The notes: generated by a model from the letters alone, not told the origin. Positions 9,376-18,682 are shown, numbered from the stretch's first letter. The stretch is DNA of 64,000 nt from Nitrospirota bacterium (GCA_049325335.1 JBMOMC010000038.1:1-64000), one strand, 5' to 3'. Made by a program: numbers and translations.

Positions 9376-9609
9376 TTATGCCGCTTTCTTGAGTCGTGGC
9401 CGGGGGTGCCCGTTGGGCGCGGCGTTGGCCCGGGGCGAAGCGGGGGAACGTCCCCATGCGGCCTTGATCTCTTGTTCGGCCCGGAGCCAATCTTCGACGT
9501 GGTGTCCGTGGACCCGGCCGCGCTGCTCAAAGAGTTGGTAGGCGCGTTCGGTGATCTTGACGTGGAGCGGGAAATCGTGGGGTGCTGACGCAGACTGTTG
9601 GCGGCTCAT
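9376..9609 (-). CDS. DUF2934 domain protein
   Basis: ITERAYQLFEQRGR.HGH.VEDWLRAEQEI. Confidence 0.88.
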   Translation of the reverse strand: MSRQQSASAPHDFPLHVKITERAYQLFEQRGRVHGHHVEDWLRAEQEIKAAWGRSPASPRANAAPNGHPRPRLKKAA

Positions 9610-9750
9610 GCGAGCGATCCTCCCTGGTGAGTCGTGACAACCCTGCCGCCGCGTCGCGCGGCGGCGGACAACGGAAGGAAATGTACCACGCTTTGTCGGA
9701 AACGCCACCACGAACCCGCGGTCCCGATCGGCTCCGGAGGGCGTGGGCGG

Positions 9751-11436
9751 TTACAGCGACCGGTTTTGCGCCAGCAACATCGTGGCATCCTCCGCCGGGA
9801 GCGGCGGACTGAAAAAGTACCCTTGGATCTCGTCGCATTTGAGCGCCCGAAGGAATTCCAACTGCTCGGCGGTTTCCACGCCCTCCGCGACCGTTTTGAG
9901 GTTGAGGTGCTGGGCCATGGTGACGACCGCTCGGACGATCCCGGCGTCGTTGGAGTCCGTGGTGATGTGTTGGATAAACGACCGATCGATTTTGAGTTTG
10001 TGGATGGGAAAATGTTTCAGGTAGCTCAAGGACGAATAACCGGTGCCGAAATCGTCGATCGAGATGCCGACGCCCATCGCGGCCAATGCGCGAAGCGGGA
10101 CCAACGCCTTCTCCACGTTCTGCAACAGGCTCTCGGTCAGTTCCAGTTCCAGGCCGCTCGGATCCAGATCCGCCTGTTTGAGCGCGAGTTCCACGGTGTT
10201 GACGATGTCTTGTTGTTGGAATTGGCGCGCCGAGAGGTTGACGGAGACGCGCAGATCCCGGTGTCCGGCGGCGCGCCACCGTTTGGTTTGCGCGCACACG
10301 TCGTGAAGAAACCGACGCCCCATTGGGATGATCAACCCGGTTTCCTCCGCCAACGGGATAAACTGCGAGGGGGACACCATGCCCAATTCCGGGTGTTTCC
10401 AGCGCATCAGCGCTTCCATGCCGATCACCCGCCGCGTCGAGAGGTCAACCAGCGGTTGATAGTAGGGCAGGAACTCCTCGCGTTCGAGTCCGTACCGTAA
10501 CGATTGGTCCAAGGCCAGCCACTCGGAGATTTTGGCGTTCATCTCCGCGAGGTAGAAGTTGTAGTGGTTTCGGCCCTGTTCCTTGGAGCGATACATCGCG
10601 ATGTCGGTTTTTCTGAGCAGGGACTCCGCATCGGTCCCGTCGTCCGGACAAATGCTGATACCGATGCTCGCCGAGGTGAACAACTCGTGGGCGCCGACCC
10701 GAAACGGTTTGCCGAAGCGATCTACGACTTTCTGGGCGAGCACCGCGATATCGTTGGTCTGCGCCACGTCGGCCAAGATGATGGCGAACTCGTCTCCGCC
10801 CAGACGCGCCACGGTGTCCCCGTCGCGCACGCAGCTAAGTAACCGGGCCGCCACCTCCTGCAACAGGAGATCTCCCACGCTGTGTCCCAAGGTGTCGTTG
10901 ATGCGCTTGAAGTGGTCGAGATCCAGAAACAAGACGGCGACCAGACGCGTATGCCAGGGAATGCGCGAGGTCGCCTGGTTCAGGCGGTCGAAGAACAGGG
11001 CGCGGTTGGGCAGTCCCGTCAACTCGTCGTGAAAGGCTTTGAACTCGACCCGACTCAAATACCCACGGAGAATATCCGTCTGCGTGAGGATTCCCACCAC
11101 CCGCTGCTCGTGGTCCGTGACCGCGATGCGTCGGATGCCGCGTGAGCCGAGGATCTTTCCCGCGTCGTCCAACGACGACCCGGCGTGCACCGTAATTAAG
11201 GGGCTGGACATGATGTCGGACGCCACGGCGGGGACGGCCTGCCCGGTCAAGGAACACCCCGTGATTTTGACGATGTCGCGTTCGCTGATCATGCCCACGG
11301 GCTTGCTGTCTCGGCATACCACGAGGCAGGAGATCTTGTGCGCGAGCATGGCGGAGACGGCGTCGGCCACCGCCGCATGATGGTCGATCGATCGGACATC
11401 CTTCGTCATAAAATCGCTGACGACGAGTCCATTCAT
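9751..11436 (-). CDS. CBS-pair/GGDEF/EAL c-di-GMP metabolic enzyme
   Basis: Two CBS repeats; HDELTGLPNR, ARLGGDEF, MEALMRW, DDFGTGYSSL and AEGVE all intact. Confidence 0.96.
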   Translation of the reverse strand: MNGLVVSDFMTKDVRSIDHHAAVADAVSAMLAHKISCLVVCRDSKPVGMISERDIVKITGCSLTGQAVPAVASDIMSSPLITVHAGSSLDDAGKILGSRGIRRIAVTDHEQRVVGILTQTDILRGYLSRVEFKAFHDELTGLPNRALFFDRLNQATSRIPWHTRLVAVLFLDLDHFKRINDTLGHSVGDLLLQEVAARLLSCVRDGDTVARLGGDEFAIILADVAQTNDIAVLAQKVVDRFGKPFRVGAHELFTSASIGISICPDDGTDAESLLRKTDIAMYRSKEQGRNHYNFYLAEMNAKISEWLALDQSLRYGLEREEFLPYYQPLVDLSTRRVIGMEALMRWKHPELGMVSPSQFIPLAEETGLIIPMGRRFLHDVCAQTKRWRAAGHRDLRVSVNLSARQFQQQDIVNTVELALKQADLDPSGLELELTESLLQNVEKALVPLRALAAMGVGISIDDFGTGYSSLSYLKHFPIHKLKIDRSFIQHITTDSNDAGIVRAVVTMAQHLNLKTVAEGVETAEQLEFLRALKCDEIQGYFFSPPLPAEDATMLLAQNRSL

Positions 11437-11644
11437 GGCAAGGCCTCCACGCCGGGCGTCCTCACTAGGTCATGCGGTGTTGTGGGCTCGACAGGCCCAA
11501 TTTGCTTATCGGCCGGGCGGGACAAATTCTTTAGCGCTGGGCTTCGCTTGTGTTTTTCCCCGGAACTCGGTAGTCTGCACCGGTCTCAACCCTGGGCCGT
11601 TCCAACGGTCCAGCGGAATGCGCGCACAGACCAAGGAGGCGAGT

Positions 11645-12319
11645 ATGCAGACCTATCAACGCGCCGGTGAACCGGTGACCGCAACGGACGAGCCCAATGC
11701 CCGCGAAACGCTGCGTCGCGCGTTCGAGTCCACCTACCGGTGGTCCCCGGAGTTCAAGGGATTTCAGGCTCGGCTGTCGGTGTGGGAAGCGGGCAAACGA
11801 TCGGAAGGGACCGTCCGCGTGGAATTGCCGGAAACCATTGCCGTCACGCTGTCGGACCCGGACGCGCAGAAATGGGCCGAGGGGCAGATCGGCATGATGG
11901 CCGTGCACCGCGGACACCGCGCATTCGACCAGGCCGACGGCCGCCATACGCTCACGCTCGGGGAGGACGACGGGCATCCGCTGGGACGGCTGCTGCTGAT
12001 TCACGGCGACGGCATGAGCTCGCGGTACCGGGTGCTTGCCGATCAGATCCGCCAGATCAACCGGAGCATGGGGCCGGTGCGGTTCACCATCAACGTGGAA
12101 GACTCGGCGGCCACCTCAGACGGCCGGCGACTGACCACGCGCTACACCGTGTACTATTTCAACCCGCAGGACGGGTCGATCAAACAGGTGGACAGCATCA
12201 CCGATATCCACGCGGTGGTGAACGGCGTGTATCTGCCCGGCACGCGGCGCGTCATCGGCGCGGAGAACGGTGCGGTGCGGGTGCGGGTGATGGAGTTCAG
12301 CGGGCATCAACTCATCTAA
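11645..12319 (+). CDS. DUF3386 family protein
   Basis: ARETLRRAFESTYRW.PEFKGF...RYRV..DQIRQINR; AAGGAGG RBS. Confidence 0.8.
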   Translation: MQTYQRAGEPVTATDEPNARETLRRAFESTYRWSPEFKGFQARLSVWEAGKRSEGTVRVELPETIAVTLSDPDAQKWAEGQIGMMAVHRGHRAFDQADGRHTLTLGEDDGHPLGRLLLIHGDGMSSRYRVLADQIRQINRSMGPVRFTINVEDSAATSDGRRLTTRYTVYYFNPQDGSIKQVDSITDIHAVVNGVYLPGTRRVIGAENGAVRVRVMEFSGHQLI

Positions 12320-12336
12320 GGAGGCGCGGCGGAGCG

Positions 12337-12597
12337 ATGCGTTGTTCGAAGTGCCAGTGGACGGCCGTATCATTTGATTTGGAATCACGAACGTGGCGGT
12401 GCAAGCGCTGCCACGCCGAGGTGAAGGACTCGGGCGGGCCGGGGTTCACAAGCTCGGCGACGGCCGCTGCGCCCAAGAAACCGGCGGCCTCGCGTGCCGT
12501 GACCGTGGGCAAGGCCAAACCCGCGGCCAAGAAACAACCGGCTCGGGCCGCGGCGAGACTGGTAGCACGGAAGTCCTCGGCGCGGAAGAAACGATGA
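12337..12597 (+). CDS. small zinc-ribbon protein with Lys/Ala/Arg-rich tail
   Basis: MRCSKC...WRCKRC then PKKPAA..KAKPAAKK..RKSSARKKR; GGAG RBS; stop overlaps arsC start. Confidence 0.7.
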   Translation: MRCSKCQWTAVSFDLESRTWRCKRCHAEVKDSGGPGFTSSATAAAPKKPAASRAVTVGKAKPAAKKQPARAAARLVARKSSARKKR

Positions 12598-12944
12598 GCG
12601 CGGTCACGATCTACCACAACCCGCGCTGCGGCACCTCGCGCAAAACGTTGGACCTGATCCGCGCCAAAGGGATCGAACCGACCATCATTGAGTACCTCAA
12701 GACGCCAGTGTCCGCGTCCGAACTCGATCGCATCCTCTCGCTGCTCAAGATGGAACCGCGGGACCTAATGCGGAAAAAAGAAGACGAGTACAAGACTCTC
12801 AAGTTGGACCGGTCGGACCTCACGCGGAAAGAGCTCATCAACGCGATGGTTCAACATCCGATCTTAATCGAGCGGCCGATCGTTTTGTCCAAGGGCAAAG
12901 CCGCGCTGGGCCGTCCTCCGGAGAACGTGACCGCGATCCTTTAA
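12594..12944 (+). CDS. arsC: arsenate reductase (glutaredoxin type), ArsC/Spx family
   Basis: TIYHNPRCGTSR...YLKTP...HPILIERPIV...LGRPPE. Confidence 0.93.
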   Translation: MSAVTIYHNPRCGTSRKTLDLIRAKGIEPTIIEYLKTPVSASELDRILSLLKMEPRDLMRKKEDEYKTLKLDRSDLTRKELINAMVQHPILIERPIVLSKGKAALGRPPENVTAIL

Positions 12945-12983
12945 CAAAACCGGCGCAAGGACCGCGAGGATCCCTGCGCCGGT
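12945..12983 (-). terminator. intrinsic terminator
   Basis: 13-bp stem (12949-12961/12971-12983, one mismatch) followed by a short U-tract on the minus strand; between convergent genes. Confidence 0.55.
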
Positions 12984-13004
12984 GGCGAAGATTGGTTCGA
13001 GTCC

Positions 13005-13502
13005 TTACCCGCCCATCTGCATGAACAGCCCGGTCCCGTGCGAGGATGAGGCCATGAAAAAGAGCATCGGGATGGACAGCATCACGTTCACGCGCGACGC
13101 GAGGAACGCCTTGCGCGCGGCCGCGGCCTTCTCTTCGGGCTTGGCCGGTTTTAAGCCCAACACCAACTTTTGATTCGGCCAGATGATGCCCCACACGTTG
13201 AAGAGCATGATCGTGCCGAGCCACGCGCCCATCCCGATGATGGCATCCGGGCCTTGCAGCGTGAACGCGCTGACCAAACGAGGGCCCAGTAAGCCCGCGC
13301 CGAAAATCCATGTGGCCAACGCGGCCCACCGGAACCAAAAGAGGGCGCGCGGCACCAGATGTTTAAACGCCTCGGCTTTGGCTTCGGGCGAAACGGATTT
13401 CAGAAACGGCACCTGCACGGCGTTGAAGTAGTACAGCAACCCGATCCAGGTAATACCCGCCAGGAAGTGGCCCCAACGAAAGATGATCGAGATTCCTTGC
13501 AT
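13005..13502 (-). CDS. urate hydroxylase PuuD N-terminal-like (Urate_ox_N) membrane protein
   Basis: FRWGHFLAGITWIGLLYYFN, ALFWFRWAA, MLFNVWGIIWPNQK, ASRVNVMLSIPMLFFM. Confidence 0.85.
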   Translation of the reverse strand: MQGISIIFRWGHFLAGITWIGLLYYFNAVQVPFLKSVSPEAKAEAFKHLVPRALFWFRWAALATWIFGAGLLGPRLVSAFTLQGPDAIIGMGAWLGTIMLFNVWGIIWPNQKLVLGLKPAKPEEKAAAARKAFLASRVNVMLSIPMLFFMASSSHGTGLFMQMGG

Positions 13503-13516
13503 GTCGGCGTCCTCCC

Positions 13517-13609
13517 TCAGACCAACGCGTTGACGAGAAGGTATAACACTAAGGTCAACGCAAAACCGAGGCCGATGGTGGTCGGCAGCGAATCGAGTGG
13601 ATTCGTCAT
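13517..13609 (-). CDS. 30-aa single-TM small protein (not in the ORF track)
   Basis: MTNPLDSLPTTIGLGFALTLVLYLLVNALV* with AGGAGG RBS; its stop is followed directly by the GGGAGG RBS of the PuuD-like gene. Confidence 0.7.
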   Translation of the reverse strand: MTNPLDSLPTTIGLGFALTLVLYLLVNALV

Positions 13610-13831
13610 ACGAACGTCCTCCTGTAGGTATCGGTATGACGCGAAGGTCCGTCTCGCGTCCATCATAGATCAACCGCCGGTATCATAGTCAGGGGCATGC
13701 CGTAAGTCAACGGTCGGGTATGATCCTGGTGTCGAGCGGTCGGCGCCGGCCTGACTCTGTCAAGCAACGCAATGTGATATGCTACGCCCGCGAATGCCAG
13801 GCGCGGGCCGCACCCGCATTGCCACGGGATC

Positions 13832-14821
13832 ATGACCACACCGCTGACTGAACACGACGCGTCCGTGCACGCCGACTCGCCCCCAATCGAAGCGGAACCC
13901 ATCCGGCCGTCCGGTCTCGCGCAGCGCGTGGCGTGGGCGTTGCTGCGGGGCGTCCAATGTGGCGTCACGATGATCCCCCTGCGCGCGGCGTTGTGGATCG
14001 CGCGTCGGTTGGGCGACATCGCGTATTACGCGGTCTACCCGCGGACCGCGATTGCGTTGACGCAGATCGCGGACGCCATGCCGGATCTGTCGCGGTCGCG
14101 ACAACGGGCGATCATTCGCGAGATGTACCGGCAGTTCGCGCAAGGCGTGGTGGAGTTCCTCCGACTGCCGCACACGGTGGCGACCGGCCGGCTCGATCAA
14201 TTGGTCGCGGTGGACGGGGAAGACATGGTGCGCAAGGCGTATGCGCAAGGCAAGGGCCTGCTCATTCTGACCGCACACTACGGCAATTTCGAATTGCTGT
14301 CCACGTTTTTTGCGGCCCATGGGTACCAGGTCAACCTGGTCACGCGCCGTCTGAAGAACGGCGCTCTCGATCGGTTCTGGGCCGAGCAACGCCGTCGGCT
14401 CAAGATTCGCGCGATCTTCAAAGAGCAGTCGCTCAAGGAAGTCATCGCCCGGTTGCGGCGCAACGAGGCCATGGGCTATGTCCTGGATCAGAACATGGGA
14501 CTTGGCCAGGGCGTGTTCGTGGATTTCTTCGGCCGCCCCGCATGTACGCTCGGCGTGGTGGCGGTGCTGGCCAAACGGTTCGACAGCCCCGTGATCCCGG
14601 TGTTCATCGCGAGAGATCGACACGACCCCACGCGCCACCGCATCGTGTTCGAGCCGCCCGTGCCGTTCGAGAGCCGAGCCGGGGACAAATCGGACGCGGA
14701 TATCGTGGACAACACCCAGCGCTACACCGCGATCATCGAACGCCGCGTGCGTGACCGGCCGGACCACTGGATCTGGATCCATAAACGCTGGAAGACGAGG
14801 CCGCCGCAAAAAACGGGATAG
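13832..14821 (+). CDS. lpxL: lipid A lauroyl/myristoyl acyltransferase (HtrB/LpxL family)
   Basis: LTAHYGNFE, VLDQ, FVDFFG, PDHWIWIHKRWK. Confidence 0.92.
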   Translation: MTTPLTEHDASVHADSPPIEAEPIRPSGLAQRVAWALLRGVQCGVTMIPLRAALWIARRLGDIAYYAVYPRTAIALTQIADAMPDLSRSRQRAIIREMYRQFAQGVVEFLRLPHTVATGRLDQLVAVDGEDMVRKAYAQGKGLLILTAHYGNFELLSTFFAAHGYQVNLVTRRLKNGALDRFWAEQRRRLKIRAIFKEQSLKEVIARLRRNEAMGYVLDQNMGLGQGVFVDFFGRPACTLGVVAVLAKRFDSPVIPVFIARDRHDPTRHRIVFEPPVPFESRAGDKSDADIVDNTQRYTAIIERRVRDRPDHWIWIHKRWKTRPPQKTG

Positions 14822-14825
14822 GGGC

Positions 14826-15054
14826 ATGGCCGAAGCGTTGATCCCCAAACACGGCGGGTACCGCAAACTTAAAAGCTTTCAGGTGGCGCAGCTCTCGTTA
14901 TGATGTCCCGGTGCGGTTTCGTGAGCGCTACATTGCCGTGGCGACGGCGCTTTTGGACCGCCAGATCGCGGCGCAAGCCAAGAGCTTTGAAACCCAAGGC
15001 GGGTTCACTGAACGGCTGTACCGGACGCGCTCTGCGAATAGAAGTTGGCGGTAG
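14826..15054 (+). pseudogene. four-helix-bundle suffix-domain protein remnant (frameshift plus large internal deletion)
   Basis: MAEALIPKHGGYRKLKSFQVAQL, frameshift near 14895, then YDVPVRFRERYI fused to AVATALLDRQIAAQAKSFETQGGFTERLYRTR*. Confidence 0.8.
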
Positions 15055-15143
15055 CAGTGCTCTCCGTCTTGCATTGCCCCGCGGTCTTATGGCACCATCC
15101 CGGTGTTCGGTACGGTCTGGCATGCATATAGAAGGAGCCCGTC

Positions 15144-15524
15144 GTGATTCAAGTTGCGCGTCGTTTCGTGGGAACGGTTCATTTTTTTCAAGGACCGTCC
15201 AAGAGTAATCCGGTCGCCTTGTACGCCCGCAAGCAGGGGGCGGATTTTGTGATCGCGGCGGTCATCGAGCCGTGGAACACGGTGTTGGGGGCCGGCCCGA
15301 CCATCAATAAGGCGGCAGGCAATTTCGAGATCAATTGGAAGGCGCAGCCGATCCCCGCGGAGCAGTACTCGGGGCCGCATTGGGAAGAGGGGATCAAGGC
15401 CGAGAAACCCGCGCCGCCTCCCAAACCGGCGGCGCCGGCTCCGGCAGCGGGAACGGCCGCCGCGCCGGCTCAGTCAGCTCCGGCGCCGGCAGCACCGCCT
15501 GCCGCAGAATCGCCGGCGTCCTAG
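15144..15524 (+). CDS. hypothetical protein with Pro/Ala-rich tail
   Basis: AAGGAG RBS before GTG; globular-looking N-terminus; PAAPAPAA tail. Confidence 0.75.
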   Translation: MIQVARRFVGTVHFFQGPSKSNPVALYARKQGADFVIAAVIEPWNTVLGAGPTINKAAGNFEINWKAQPIPAEQYSGPHWEEGIKAEKPAPPPKPAAPAPAAGTAAAPAQSAPAPAAPPAAESPAS

Positions 15525-15537
15525 CGCGATCGTGAGG

Positions 15538-15825
15538 TTACCCGCGCCATTCGCTCGGCGAGTACGCGTGGACAGTGAGCGCATGAATCGCGCCTTGCAT
15601 TTCTTCGTGCAGAACCTGATGCACCAGACGCCGGCGGTCCAGGGCATTGAGTCCCTCGAACTTGGACGACACCACGTCCACGGCGAAGTGTCCGCCGCCC
15701 ATGCGCGCGCCCGCATGGCCCGCGTGTTTCCAGGATTCGTCTTCGACCGCCACGTGGACCGCGTCCAGGTCTTTGAGGAGTTTTTGTTCGATCATGGTTT
15801 TGGTGGCGTGAGATCGTGTCGTCAT
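15538..15825 (-). CDS. bolA: BolA family protein
   Basis: VEDESWKHAGH...HF.V.VVS.KFEG...RRRLV..VL.EEM..AIHAL. Confidence 0.93.
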   Translation of the reverse strand: MTTRSHATKTMIEQKLLKDLDAVHVAVEDESWKHAGHAGARMGGGHFAVDVVSSKFEGLNALDRRRLVHQVLHEEMQGAIHALTVHAYSPSEWRG

Positions 15826-15903
15826 AGGGGCGGTTGATCGAGGAGAATGTTGGCCGCAGCGTACCGCGATTGGGGGGCGCGCTGCAAGTTCGCAAAGGAG
15901 GCG

Positions 15904-16065
15904 ATGATGCCGGCAGGTGAATCCGAATACAAAGGCAATCCCATGCTCGTGTTGACCCAGGGACCAGAAGACCGATTTCCGTTTCAGTTCGGCCTCAAAA
16001 AGGCCAAACTGATTTTGGAGCACCTGGATGACATCAAGGCTTTTGTCGCCAAGCACTCCAAGTAA
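15904..16065 (+). CDS. small hypothetical protein
   Basis: AAGGAGG RBS; SEYKGNPML.L...DRFPFQFGLKKAKLILEHLDDIKAFV. Confidence 0.8.
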   Translation: MMPAGESEYKGNPMLVLTQGPEDRFPFQFGLKKAKLILEHLDDIKAFVAKHSK

Positions 16066-16072
16066 GCCGCGC

Positions 16073-16708
16073 ATGAAACCGCATCGCGCGCCGCGCCTCT
16101 CGGTGCATCCCGACAATCCGCAGGGCCGTCACATCGCCCGTGCGGTCGAGGGGCTCAAGAACGGGGGGATCATCGTATACCCCACCGACACGGTCTACGG
16201 CCTGGGCTGCGACATCACCCAGCGGGACGCCATCGATCGGATCATCAAGATCAAGGGCCGCGACCCGAAGAAGCCGATGTCGTTCGTGTGCGCCGACCTC
16301 ACGCACATCAGCCAGTACGCGAGCGTGTCTGATTTCGCGTACAAGATCCTCAAACGGCATCTGCCGGGACCCTACACGTTCGTGCTGCCGGCCAGCCGCG
16401 ACACACCCAAGATCCTGCAATCCAAACAACGCACCGTGGGCATCCGCATTCCCGACCACCCGGTGCCGCTCGCGTTGGTCAAAGAACTCGGCGAACCCTT
16501 GCTCTCCACCAGCGCGAACCGGACCAGCGAGGAGACGGTGTCCGATCCGGACGATCTGGAAGATCAATTCGGACACGACGTGGATTACATCGTGGAATGC
16601 GGGCCGCTGCCGGTGATGCCGTCGAGCGTGATTTCGCTGGTGGATGATCGGGTGGAGATTCTTCGAGAGGGGGCGGGCGACGTCGAGCCCTTCCGCGCCC
16701 TGGCGTAG
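16073..16708 (+). CDS. tsaC: L-threonylcarbamoyladenylate synthase, Sua5/YciO/YrdC family (YciO-like)
   Basis: HPDNPQ.R, YPTDTVYGLGC, KGR, LPGPYTFVL, GIRIPD, STSAN. Confidence 0.93.
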   Translation: MKPHRAPRLSVHPDNPQGRHIARAVEGLKNGGIIVYPTDTVYGLGCDITQRDAIDRIIKIKGRDPKKPMSFVCADLTHISQYASVSDFAYKILKRHLPGPYTFVLPASRDTPKILQSKQRTVGIRIPDHPVPLALVKELGEPLLSTSANRTSEETVSDPDDLEDQFGHDVDYIVECGPLPVMPSSVISLVDDRVEILREGAGDVEPFRALA

Positions 16709-16877
16709 AGCCTGTCCATGAGCGGTCATCTACGGCGTTGTCACTTCGGCTTCGCGTCCTCACGTACGACTCAGTACGCTGCGGTGCGAACCCTCGTTCC
16801 GCCTTACGACCCACCTTTAGAAATCACAATGTCGGAAGTCCCCGAAGGGGGCATCTGACGCGCTCCTGAACTGGCTC
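16708..16877. mobile_element. MITE-like palindromic element
   Basis: 17-bp imperfect terminal inverted repeats (14/17); internal TCCTCACGTACGACTCAGTACGCT core shared with 25355-25378. Confidence 0.55.
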
Positions 16878-16907
16878 CGCTCCGCGACTGATGCGGAGCG
16901 GAGCCAG
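16871..16907. terminator. perfect 15-bp hairpin between convergent genes
   Basis: CTGGCTCCGCTCCGC-N7-GCGGAGCGGAGCCAG. Confidence 0.6.
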
Positions 16908-16934
16908 ACCGCAAACTTTACAAGTGCATTTGCC

Positions 16935-16960
16935 GTCATTCCCACGGAGGTGGGAATCCA
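16935..16960. repeat. ATTCCC-N8-GGGAAT REP (dRS3-like)
   Basis: GTC-ATTCCC-ACGGAGGT-GGGAAT-CC; second copy at 32072-32096. Confidence 0.7.
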
Positions 16961-16966
16961 GGGGCC

Positions 16967-18574
16967 TTAGCTTACCCGCCCGTGCTTTTCTAATAAACTT
17001 CTTACCATCTTTCCTTTTTCTTCGTACGGCGGTCGCGACAGGTCTTCGATCGTGCAGGGGATGCGGTAGGTCCAGTTGTGTGGGCCGACCGTGGCGGGGA
17101 CGTTGATTTGGTCGTCGTGGCCGAACACGTCTTGGAAGGGGAGGAGCACCAGGCCGGAGCCGGAGCTAAAGATACGGTCCAGGATCATTTGGTGCCAGTC
17201 GTCGGTGAAGGCGTGGGGCTGCATCGCGCCGGCGCGTTCCGCCTCGTCGGGATCGAACAACTCCAGGAATGCCTCGCGCTCCCAGTCCTCGGCGGTTTTC
17301 CACCAGACTGACAGGGTGGTGGTGTCGTGGGTGCCGGTGGTGGCCATCGACGCGAACGGGTAGTCCGATGGATCGCGGTACACGCCGTCGTCTCGCTCCC
17401 AGCGCAGGACTTTGTGGCCCGCGATGCCCATCCGTCCCAGCGTCGCGCGCACAAATGGCGGGATCAGGCCCAGGTCTTCCGCGATCGGTACGGACTTCCC
17501 GCGTTCTTCCGCGATCATGGTGAGGAAGACTTCGCCTCGTCGAATTTGTTCGGGTTCCTCGGTCGGTTCGAATCGCGATGTCTCGCCTTTGGCCATCATC
17601 CAGACGCGAAACAGTCCCACCACGTGGTCGATGCGCACGAGGTCGAACCACTCGCGGACGATCCGCATGCGCTGCCGCCACCACGGGAACTTTGCGGCCT
17701 CGACCACGGACCAGCGAAATAAGGGCAACCCCCAATCCTGTTCTGGGTAAGCGGGCTCCACGGGCGCGCCGATGCTGTGCGTGAGGTCGAAGTCGCCTTG
17801 GCGCGACCACACGTCCGCGCTGTCTCGGCTGACCAGAAACGGCAGGTCGCCCGCGATCTTGATGCCCAGGCGCTCGGCTTCGCGTCGCACGGCTTGCCAC
17901 TGCTCCCACAACGCCCACTGCTGGTACTGGATGTACAGCAGGTCCTTGAAGTGCTCCACGTCCACGCGGGCGAGCGCGTCGGACGCAGCCTGTTTCTGTC
18001 GGTCGGGCCACTCGGACCAGTCGCGGTGCTGGTGTAAGGTCTTGAGCACGCGGAATCTGGCGAAGGGAGTCAACCACTTGGAATTGGCTTCGCGAAAATC
18101 CCGGAACGCCTGGCCGCGGTCGCTGTACGGACCCCCGTGTTTGGTGAGAAAGTCGGCGAATGCGGCGCGCAGCACGCGGTCTTTGAACTCTCGCACCGCC
18201 CGAAACTGCACGCGATCCTCGCGGCGCCAGGCGGCCAAATCACGCGTCGCGTGCTCGTCGGACAACAGCCCTTGGGCGGTTGGTGACTCCGCCGCGTCTT
18301 CCCACTGATCGAGCGCCAGGTAGATCGGGTCCGAGGCCAGGCCGCTCAACGCTTGATAGGGACACGTCTCGCCGGGCCCCATCTCGTTCATGGGGAGGAG
18401 TTGGACCACTCCGAACCCGCACTGCTTCATCCACACCATGAATGCGGGTAGGTCGCCGAAGTCGCCGATGCCCCCGTTGCGTTCGGATCGCAACGCGGAC
18501 AGTGGGACCATGACGCCGGCCGTTTTTCGGGGCAGGAAGGGGAGCGGGAATTCGATGGGGCTCACGGCAGACAT
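16967..18574 (-). CDS. malQ: 4-alpha-glucanotransferase (amylomaltase, GH77)
   Basis: GGIGDFG, QLLPMN, IAGDLPF, RIDHVVG, IAEDLG, TGTHD, INVPATVG..NWTYR. Confidence 0.95.
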   Translation of the reverse strand: MSAVSPIEFPLPFLPRKTAGVMVPLSALRSERNGGIGDFGDLPAFMVWMKQCGFGVVQLLPMNEMGPGETCPYQALSGLASDPIYLALDQWEDAAESPTAQGLLSDEHATRDLAAWRREDRVQFRAVREFKDRVLRAAFADFLTKHGGPYSDRGQAFRDFREANSKWLTPFARFRVLKTLHQHRDWSEWPDRQKQAASDALARVDVEHFKDLLYIQYQQWALWEQWQAVRREAERLGIKIAGDLPFLVSRDSADVWSRQGDFDLTHSIGAPVEPAYPEQDWGLPLFRWSVVEAAKFPWWRQRMRIVREWFDLVRIDHVVGLFRVWMMAKGETSRFEPTEEPEQIRRGEVFLTMIAEERGKSVPIAEDLGLIPPFVRATLGRMGIAGHKVLRWERDDGVYRDPSDYPFASMATTGTHDTTTLSVWWKTAEDWEREAFLELFDPDEAERAGAMQPHAFTDDWHQMILDRIFSSGSGLVLLPFQDVFGHDDQINVPATVGPHNWTYRIPCTIEDLSRPPYEEKGKMVRSLLEKHGRVS

Positions 18575-18659
18575 CCTCCGAGGGGCGAATGTTTGTAACA
18601 GGAACCGATCTGCGCTGCAAGTCGAGTCTCCGTGCAGGGTACGGTCGTGGACTACAGTT

Positions 18660-18682
18660 CCCTCCCCCCTTGCGGGGGAGGG
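18660..18682. repeat. CCCTCCCCC-N5-GGGGGAGGG REP-like palindrome
   Basis: Perfect 9-bp stem in the divergent malQ/arc intergenic region. Confidence 0.55.

Noticed and set aside
14826..15054. Diversity-generating retroelement (Avd-like gene)
   Set aside because: No reverse transcriptase and no TR/VR pair seen in the window.
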